A DNA stretch of 58,195 bases, the filler included, from Sphacelaria rigidula (lineage: Eukaryota), in NCBI GenBank assembly GCA_964200075.2. It is 5 parts of 5 records of this genome, joined end to end, with 100 filler letters (N's around TTAATTAATTAA, not from the genome) between each part and the next. Parts side by side here need not be neighbours in the genome. Positions count along the whole stretch, not along the records: positions 46,638 to 58,195 come from CAXNAA020004784.1; 4 more parts are not named here. One strand, 5' to 3'. The translations under genes were made by a program, and so were the position numbers. Shown in pieces: positions 50,001 through 58,195 of the stretch. Below the pieces are notes generated by a model. That model was not told where the DNA came from and ran no database searches. It worked only from the letters and a program-made list of their open reading frames with translations. Positions within the stretch are counted from its first letter, which is position 1. Every line of letters starts with the position of its first letter.

Positions 50001-52954
50001 TGTCGATAATAATGGACCTCACGCGGGGAGAACAAAAATAGAAATGCTACCGAAGGTTGAGGTACGCATATTGGTATCATCTTGCTTGTTCCACTTCATT
50101 GATTGATGAAAACGCACCCCGGCCGTCGAAACAGAGAATCCCGAAGCATCTGAAGTTGTGGCCCCGCGAATCAAGAAACCTGTCGAGCCATCCAGATCAG
50201 AAGCACCAACCACTGCTGGATGGCTCTCGGCACCGAATACCACCATGACCTCTCCTGCCCCCGAGGAAGCACCCCAAGCGCCCACGATAACATCGTCGAA
50301 GCCGTCCCCGTCTACATCCTGAGTTGTCGATTTTGAACGGCCGAGTCGAGGTATAATAAAGTCTGACTGGTAGCTCGATTCTGCACCCGGGTTTCAGCTG
50401 TTGCGGTCTACTTTGGTTTCCGTCTTGTTCGTCGAAAATTATGTTGCAATCGTTGTTGCCCCGTGCAGTACAACATTTTTTCCCTGCGCGTCCCGAGTAG
50501 GAGATTTTCCTGGGCCGGAACGGTGCCGACACACACCAGAAATGCGTTTAACGTTGATACTGGATTTGCGACGATCATGTAGGACGTATATTCGACCGGT
50601 TTCTATCGACTATGCTCAGCCGTACAAAATATTGTAGAGAGTTCGGAAAACGCTTTTTTTTGTGTCATTGTTTCAGACGGCAAATAATATGTAAGGATCG
50701 GAGTGTAACGAAAAATCATTTCCCCCTCCGTCAAATGTGGTATCCCCTCACCTTTTTTTCGGTGAGGTGTTTATTTTTATCCTGCACTCTGATCCTGGGA
50801 TATTTGCCCTCTGAAATGACACAATAAAAACGCGTTTTCCGAAACTCTCCAATAGGTGACTTGCCAACAATAAATACTCCAATATAAATTTTTCGGGGCA
50901 ACTTTAGAGCTGTCGCTGTTGTCTGACTACACCATGACACTACGAAGCAGGTGTACAGTCGTGGGGAGCACGCACCTTCGTGGAGAGTCAACCCATCTGT
51001 GTCTTTCCAATCTACTAGCGATCCAGCAGGTTCGCACGTATATTTAACTCTGCTGAAATGCTTGGGGTAATCTCCACTCGTTCTATGCTTTAGTCTCAGC
51101 AAGAAGAACGACAAATACTGTATAAATACACCCTACACGTGTACAGTGGTTGTGTCACTACTCACCCCGGCGCCGGCTACCGAGGTTCCCGCGTAGTCAC
51201 CCACGTCCGCCCCCTCTACCTTAAATCCGTTCGTACCGTCCAACGCAGAGACATCGAAATCGTCAAACGAGAAAGTCTCCGATCCGAAAATCACGTACGC
51301 CGCTCCCGCGGTGGAGCTGTACTCGGGGGACTCGCCAAGGATGACGTCGTTGAACCCGTCGTTGTTTACATCCTGTCCCGGACACAAAGCGCGTGCAGGC
51401 GCGTACTCGTATATGGTCGCATGCTCAACGCTCAATGTCCTCATGACGTACTTTTGTTCTGCCGTCTTACCTTGTTGTTCGTAACGATTTAGCTGATTTT
51501 CCTGTGGCAGGCCGAGCCACTACAGGCAGCCGTACGTTAGCAGCAGGGGGGAAACGAATCTACCGGGGTTGATTCGAAATCAATCGTAGGAACCACCACA
51601 TAAAAGGGACAATTTCCCACAAGTGCCTGTCAAGGAATCACCTTTTCGCATTAGCGACATCATGAGATAGTTGTGCGCTTCACGAACAGAAGAAGGTCCC
51701 GGGTTCATATCCCGGCCCACTAAAATGATGGGAGCCAGAGCAAAATGGTGGATACCCTCTGAAGCAGAGTTCAAAACTCACGGGAAATCTTCTGCGACGA
51801 TTGATGGTGGGGCGACCCAAAACACGTAGAAGAGATTTTAATTAAACAGCAAAATTCCACCCGCTAGGCGGCGAAAAAGGTTACTCCTACAAAACTTCCA
51901 AAAGGTTCATGAAATGGGGGGGTGATGTGGGAACCACAACACAGAAGGGAAAAATTCCAACAATTTCCCACAAGTACCCAAAACACGTAAAAGAGACATG
52001 AATTAATAGACAAATTTCCAACCGCTAGCCGGCGAAAAATGTTACTCCTGCGAATCCTCCAAGAAGAGGTTCATGAAATGGGGGGGTAATGTGGGAACCA
52101 CCACATGGAAGGGACAAATTCCAACAAGTGTCAAGGTACTGTATAAACTTTTCACAGTACAGTATCCACTTGCTTTATGTTGTACCAGTCAGACCACCGG
52201 GGCGCGGCGGCTGACTATATTTGAAGCTAAACGGTTCGAAATGGGCACGTGGCATCGGTGTTCGCACATAGTCCGTGCATGCGTATGCATGGCCGATAGA
52301 TGGGATGATGCCCCGGAGTTGACATATTGCGATGATACTGAGCGGGTGAGGGATCGACTTTTTTGCGACATGTTCGTACGTAGTTTTTATGCGCAGATGG
52401 TAAGAAGAGATGCCGTGCATTGGTGCATCATATTACCTTGTGATGCAACAACAACACGAGGTCTACCAATGACGGTTTCGGTACCGTACGGTATAGCAGT
52501 GTAGGTTCAATCGAAGTTGTTCGTTATGTCCACCCGCAGCAACAGTATAATCGACTATTCATGCAGATTTCGGGGAAACGAAGCATTTGCGAAAAGCGCG
52601 TGCAATCTCTAGCTCTTTCTCTCTCACACACACACACAGAACACACACAACTACACTACGCAACTGTCGACCAACCTATCGTGATGGTTGAGAAATGGGA
52701 GGGGAATGCATTTCGTTTCCCTTCTGTGTAGCCTCTAATTTGGCTCTCCTTACCCCAGCTCCAGCGACCGAGTACCCCAGTCTTCCCGCAGAAGACTCCG
52801 CCGTCACAACGAATCCGTCCGTGCCGTCCAAAATTCCCAAAGAATATTCTACGTGTCCTGGCCATACCGCGTCTGTATTTGACACGAGGAACACGCCGGC
52901 GACCAGCAATGCAGTCCCGACTAGATACGCTGCTGTGTTTCTCGTCTTCGCCAT
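47047..52954 (-). CDS. Secreted FG-GAP repeat (integrin-alpha beta-propeller-like) protein, 5' part. Exons 52954-52754, 51372-51166, 50318-50118, 49608-49398, 48508-48324, 47259-47047.
   Basis: ATG at 52954 is followed by a signal-peptide-like MAKTRNTAAYLVGTALLVAGVFLVSNTDA. Each later exon starts with a Ca2+-binding-type loop D(V/I)(N/D)xDGxxD, contains a strand of the form (AY/TY/VM)(V/I)x(F/Y/L)G, and ends VxxxG. All introns are GT-AG and splice in frame. The gene runs off the contig end. Confidence 0.92.
48207..48297. repeat. (TAC)n/(TCC) microsatellite
   Basis: Directly visible, and intronic in the FG-GAP gene. Confidence 0.95.
48845..48925 (+). mobile_element. tRNA-derived SINE head (Pol III A/B boxes)
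   Basis: A-box-like TGGTGTAATGG and B-box GGTTCGATTCC at tRNA-like spacing. No complete cloverleaf acceptor stem is evident. Confidence 0.5.
51817..52130. repeat. Tandem duplication, ~160-bp unit x2
   Basis: CCCAAAACACGTA...CCGCTAG.CGGCGAAAAA.GTTACTCCT...GGTTCATGAAATGGGGGG...GTGGGAACCAC occurs at 51817 and 51977. Confidence 0.85.
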
Positions 52955-53955
52955 GATCGTGATAGAGGGGAAAATGTAAGGGGAAAATTGGTTTGGTACA
53001 TACGGAAGATTTGAAGGGCGAAAGCAATACCTCGCTTTAGAGTCCGCGCCCGGGAAAAAGAGAAGATGACAATGCAGATTTCATGTACATGAAATGAGAG
53101 CACTCTTGCTGATTTGTTAGCAAGGTGTCGAATAGACTCCGTACGGTGCTTCTCGACGACAAACATGAGCAGCACACCTTGATGAAATAGGGACGTTTCA
53201 TGCAATCCGCCCGCATTGGAAGATGATTTTGGGGTATGCCTGTGATCTCCGAAGAATGGTTCGCGAGATTTTGCCCGTTCTAATTGAACGATGCGCAAGA
53301 CAACACCCACGAGAGTGCAGTACAGTATCAAGTGCATCCGCAAGTACAGGATACAGTATACTTACGCTTTCCAGGTACGCTTTCCAGGGAGAGGAAGTCT
53401 TAGGGTAAGGGTATACTCTACAAAGTGAAGTGCTGTTGTTGGTGACACGGCTCAAGGCTACACTGCATCAATAAGGGAGAGAGACATGTGTGTAGAACTC
53501 TATGTCGTCCTTTACTCAACCATTTTCGAATTTTTGAGTTTTGCGAAGGTTTGAAGGTTTGCGCAGCGGGTCCCAGGCTGTATTACACAGACAGTACAGT
53601 GCAGTGTCGCCGCTGGCTGGCACATGAGGAACTGAGAAGCTCTAGCCCACACGGCAGCAACGGATGGACAGATTCATCCCCAGCTGTGGTTTTGTAGAGC
53701 TCTCCGTTTCAGACACAATGACATCCACTCAACCCCAACCGTCGTCTCCACAGGTTTCGTTTTTGCCGCAGCTGGCGGTATAAACGTGCTTCCGCGCAAA
53801 ATTTTGGCCGTTATTTTGCGCGGGACCGTCACGAGACCCAGAGACCGTTTGCCCTTGGCTCAGTATCATACTAGCCGTTGCTCGGTGTGGGACTTGGAGT
53901 CCTGGAGGCTCAAGACTTGCCCTTCTCCCGATCATTTCCCGAGAAACTAGCAATC
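52955..53955. promoter_or_regulatory. Putative shared (bidirectional) promoter/5'UTR region
   Basis: 1,001 bp lie between the divergent ATGs at 52954 (-) and 53956 (+). Inferred from position only. Confidence 0.4.
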
Positions 53956-54149
53956 ATGGCGAGTTCCAGGGCAACAATCAAAGGACCACCCCTTGTGCGA
54001 AGGTTGAGGGGTGTCATGGCAACGGGCAAGGTGGAGGAGAGCAAGGTGTGGGCGGAGGATCAGAGCGTGTATCGGCAACAGTTCCGGTATCTCGACCTGC
54101 CTGCGGACACGACGAGGTCTACTATCGCGGTGGCGTTCAGCTCTGACGG
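53956..54149 (+). CDS. First coding exon of an AMBRA1-like WD40-repeat protein
   Basis: Encodes MASSRATIKGPPLVRRLRG...FRYLDLPADTTRSTIAVAFSSDG, then a GG|GTACGA donor. RSTIAxAFSxDG resembles the first WD40 repeat of AMBRA1-like proteins, which is normally followed by ASTHGDH. The next exon was not found in the contig. Confidence 0.65.
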
Positions 54150-55781
54150 GTACGAGAGTTATATCTGTCTGCCTTCCTGTGTGGATGTCTATCCATTCGT
54201 CTGTTGTCTGTCTGAGCGTTCGTGTGCTTCAGTGTTTGCCGTCAGATTTTTGCTCAGCTTTGGTTGCGTGCAATCCCAGATAACGATGGTGTTGGTGTTG
54301 TACTGCACAGAGGGTCCCAAGGGGCGGCGCGTGAGTAATGGGTACACATATGTTGTACCGCAGGCGGATGGTACAGGCAGTACAATACCCTACAGTGACC
54401 CAGTTTCTCATCACCACGACAGAGTTATTCTGCTGTCAGTGCCTTGTCAATGTTCGTTACGTCTTTGGTCGTGGACGGGCGGGTCGTCTTGTCACTCGAT
54501 GTAATCATGGAAGACTTCGAACTTGCAAAGTTGGCTGTGAACGGCTGGGTCCTTGTACGAAGCTGGGGGTGGAGTCAGGTTCTCCTCACTGCTAACGTGC
54601 CAATCTTTCTCCTGTAGTGAAAGATTGCAAAGTTTACTGGACTACTTCTTCATGCGCACTGCACTGATTGGCGCAACGAACTGGGTTGACGCTGTTTCCC
54701 CTGGTTAGTTCTACGTTCTTTACCACCCCCCGAAAAATTGAAACGTGAAACGTGCACGTTATGAATGTCACGTTGCTTACCATGCCCATGGATCCAAGAA
54801 AAGTATTGCCTTGAGATTGGTGACATATGAAGATATAAATATACTATCGGTATTGTGTATAAACATATTACGAGATTTTTCGTTCTGTTGATTTCCTTCC
54901 CTAAATAATGAATAATCTGCCAGTCCCACGAAGGAGGTGCGCATAAACCGACGCCTCCGGAGAACCTTTTACTTGATTCACGTATAAACGAAGGGCGCTA
55001 GAATCAAGCCACTGGGGGCGTTGTGAGAATCAGGAGCCAGTCGTACATCTGGGGGCATGCAACAACCACCTGCTCCACTTACTCTATTTTAGTACCGGGT
55101 TGTTTTCGAACAGTAATTTACCGAAAATCTCTTTTGTGACAGCTCTTGTTGCAAATCGCAACGCGTTCCTTCCTGAAAACTCCGAGGACAGTAAGAATTC
55201 ACGATGTACCGTAGCTAGCTCTAGTCTTGCCTTTACATAAAGCTACTGTACGTAACACCAGAAGCGGCTGCTTCAGTAAAGAGATCGACGTGTTCTGCCA
55301 TGAGCACTTCTGGGCGGCAGAGAGCGAGGAGTCAAAGGGTGAGAGATTGGCCAAAGCTTCCACGGTTGGGACGAAGCATCGCCGGTGGGAATCACCAAAT
55401 ACACGATTTTTCGGGCCTGATTGCTCGAAAGAGAGAAAAAACTTGACCGCTGGTCGAAAAGGTCTCCACGCAACTTTTGCGCGATTCCACGTGCCTGGGC
55501 TGCGTGTATCTGGGTTGCAACGCTGAAAACAAAGCCTAAGAATGGATTCGTACGGTACGAATCAATCACACTGAACCGAAGTAATTTCCAGACAAATCAT
55601 TCATTCGTCCGACCCAGGAAAGTTTCGGTGCGTGGACAAAGAAAAAAGCGCGGAAATCGAGGATCGAGATCGCGGGACTGCGATGTTGCATGTAACTCAC
55701 ACGGTACGGCGGAATCGCAGCACAAGAGACGCCGCGGGCACGGTGATGATCGCATGTGCGAACGAATGAGCCATGCCTGAA

Positions 55782-56647
55782 CCCTTAGACGACGAGCGTC
55801 GCCTCGGAACAGTTGTACATCCGGGGGTTTCAAAAGCTCGGGGGGGTAGGTTTTTGAGGGGGGGGTCTCTCCGCGGAGCATCGGAGAAGCTCACGGAGTC
55901 AACCATGTGTGTTTGGAAGTTTCACGCGGAAAATCATGAGCCGTGCACGAGGCCCGAGAGACGCGGGATGACCATTCTGACCAATCACGGCCGTCAAAAT
56001 GAGCGCTTTTGTTACGGTAGAGGTAGACACCTGTCAGACACATTCGCTGGACCCTCATAACTCATTTTGAGCATGCCAAATCAACCATGGATTCTATAAG
56101 CAAAAATAGGTGTTTGAGCATCTTCGGTACACCATGTCTGTCTGTTCAGTACTGCCTGAGCGTCGTACTAGCTCCACACCTCCATATGGTATCAAACTTC
56201 ATGGCGCAACACGCGAGCGGCGGCCACGAGTACCCGACGCACGAATATGTAGACAATTACATCGACGGTGAGACGACCACCATCGCCGAGCAATTGCTCT
56301 ACGGTAGTCAGGGGCGTTCGCGTCGGTAGTCATGATGCAATATCCAAACGCATGCTGCGTACACTCGGCACCTTCAACAGTGTTGTAACATCCAGTATGC
56401 TGCAGACCGCACGTGCAGCCGCGGCACGATACACTACAGACTGCACAGCAAAAATGTGAGGCGTAATAATCAGGTGGTCGACAACCACATCACCGTCTGT
56501 GTTATGACGCAACTATGTGCCTCTTATGCACTCCCGGTCCCTTCCGCGGTAGAGTAGGCGTTTTGAGTTGTGACAAAGGAGTGACTCTGAACCCAAAAAG
56601 TGTAGTGTCTACCTCAGTCTACCAGCGGGGGGGTCGCTGTCTAAGGG
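55782..56647. mobile_element. piggyBac-like non-autonomous element (CCCTTAGAC TIR)
   Basis: TGAA|CCCTTAGAC ... GTCTAAGGG|TCAA. Same end motif as 57685-57782. Confidence 0.5.
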
Positions 56648-57112
56648 TCAATTATCCTGGGCCATATCCCTAAAAGGCCTGCGCAGAGGAAAAAATGTAC
56701 CACCAGCAAAAGGAGAGATTCCAAAGCTCACACGAGCATAGATGGGACGACAGCACACACACATACACACACACGGGAGACCGCGTGAACCGAAACGTCC
56801 TTAACTTCCCGCATTGGAAAATCCCTGCACCGCACCAGCGTGCTCCATTCCATTCACTTCGCTCGAGTGTGAGGTTCGACGATGTTCTGCTGCAAGATTT
56901 CAGCTTCCGAATCAATTTTTGCAGGAAGCTCGTCGAACAAAGAAAAAATGAAAGAAAAAGTTGCTGTACTGTGAGGCGGTGTTTTAACGGAACAAGGAAG
57001 GTGGGAGTCATTTCTTGATGGTGACGAGTAAAATGGCGGTTGACAACTTCATTTTTACAAATACAAAAACTCACGCGTCGTTCCCATCCAGGAGGAAAGC
57101 AAGTAATACGTA

Positions 57113-57800
57113 TGAGCTTGGCCAGCCAAGAACAGGTGTGAATCTCGCTCAGGTGACGCACCGCGCGATATTAGGAGTTGGATCCTGAAATTTTGACAGC
57201 AGCTTTTTATGATCGAAAGGCAGAAGATCACGGATCCAGAAAATAAAGGAATAAAAAAATAAAAAGTTATGGGCAATTGAAATTTCAGCAAAAACAAGAT
57301 AATGCCATAAGTCCAGGAAAAAAAGGAGAATCTGCAACTGGACTCGTGAACTATCTATCAGTTCCTTCAAAATTCAGCTCAAGACTCGTCGAATTGGGCC
57401 GTGCGTTCAACATTTTCCGTGACGCTGCTGAACCCCTGCAAATCAAGTGATGGGAGGCTTCAATTATGGAGGTCACGAGTTCGAATCCCGGCAGTTTCTC
57501 TTCTTTTTTTTTCGTCCGTCGTTGAGGTTGTACATTATGCAGTACATATTTTTCATTTTTTTTTCATTCAGCGGCGGTGCCGTGTGTCACCAGATTGGTC
57601 TACACTTCACAGTGATATGCTTACATCGGGTTCATTCGAGAAACTGGGGAAGCTGTGGTGTGAGCAAGTTTTAGCCGCTTTTAACCCTTAGACCGCGAGG
57701 TTAGTCTTGTGTAGACTCGGCATCAGTTTCAAGTGAAAAAAAGTATGTATGATCCAGAAAGACTAATCTCGCGGTCTAAGGGTCAAGCTGGCCCAGCTCG
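57113..57800. mobile_element. Tc1/mariner-type MITE hosting a mini-element
   Basis: TA|TGAGCTTGGCCAGC ... GCTGGCCCAGCTCG|TA (12/14 TIR match, TA flanks). The same end motif occurs at ~17079-17095. Confidence 0.5.
57685..57782. mobile_element. 98-bp piggyBac-like mini-MITE
   Basis: 24-bp TIR with one mismatch (CCCTTAGACCGCGAGGTTAGTCTT / AAGACTAATCTCGCGGTCTAAGGG), flanked by TTAA and TCAA. Confidence 0.8.
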
Positions 57801-57864
57801 TACTGAAAATGCAGGGGAGATACAGGCTGGGCCAGCTGAGAGTGATTTCTAAATATATTTTGAC

Positions 57865-58130
57865 GATACCGTGGGTAATTTGAAGAGTTGGGCACTGAAA
57901 TTTTGGCACAACATTTGTACCATCACTACGCACAACATTTCTCGAGGTGCATTCGCAAGAAAAAAAGGAAGTTAGAACGATTTGAAGTTTTTGTAAAATT
58001 TAGAAAAATTCTGAAACACCGTGAAAAACAAGAAAAATATGGATGCACCTCGAGAAATGTTGTACGCAGTGATAATAAACATGTTGTGTCAAAATTTCAG
58101 CGCTTGACTCTTCGAATTACCTACAGTATC
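57865..58130. mobile_element. Foldback MITE with ~90-bp inverted arms
   Basis: GATACCGTGGGTAATTTGAAGAG...CATTTCTCGAGGTGCAT is mirrored by ATGCACCTCGAGAAATG...CTCTTCGAATTACCTACAGTATC. Confidence 0.8.
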
Positions 58131-58195
58131 CACTTTTTCGTCTGGTGCCCGGTGGTCAAATTGGTAGAACCGTCTCTTATTACAGAGGTCACGAG

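Noticed and set aside
1..58195. Functional cluster linking the DENN, PSP1, LPAAT, FG-GAP and WD40 genes
   Set aside because: The genes lie on separate, artificially joined contigs. Only the FG-GAP and WD40 genes are truly adjacent.

Overview
This is eukaryotic, intron-rich, repeat-dense genomic DNA. Gene structure and repeat types suggest a stramenopile, probably a brown alga (inference). The window is not one locus. It is five unrelated contigs of 11,560, 11,560, 11,559, 11,558 and 11,558 bp, sorted by length and joined by artificial 100-bp linkers (N44-TTAATTAATTAA-N44). Most ORFs in the supplied track are spurious, and the real genes are short spliced exons. Contig 1 has minus-strand exons of a DENN-domain protein, with a ~7.3-kb intron filled by decayed Gypsy and Copia retroelements and nested MITEs. 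Contig 2 is almost all non-autonomous DNA transposons and 82-bp tandem arrays. Contig 3 has a probably degenerate multi-exon gene of unknown function plus an isolated PSP1-domain exon. Contig 4 has four exons of a PlsC/LPAAT-type acyltransferase with a predicted GC-AG intron. Contig 5 has a secreted FG-GAP (integrin-alpha beta-propeller-like) repeat protein built one repeat per exon, with one intron apparently shifted by 1 nt. It lies head-to-head with the first exon of an AMBRA1-like WD40 gene. No rRNA, intact tRNA or CRISPR array was found, and I see no convincing wholly new system. The FG-GAP architecture and a Ginger-like MITE are the best leads.
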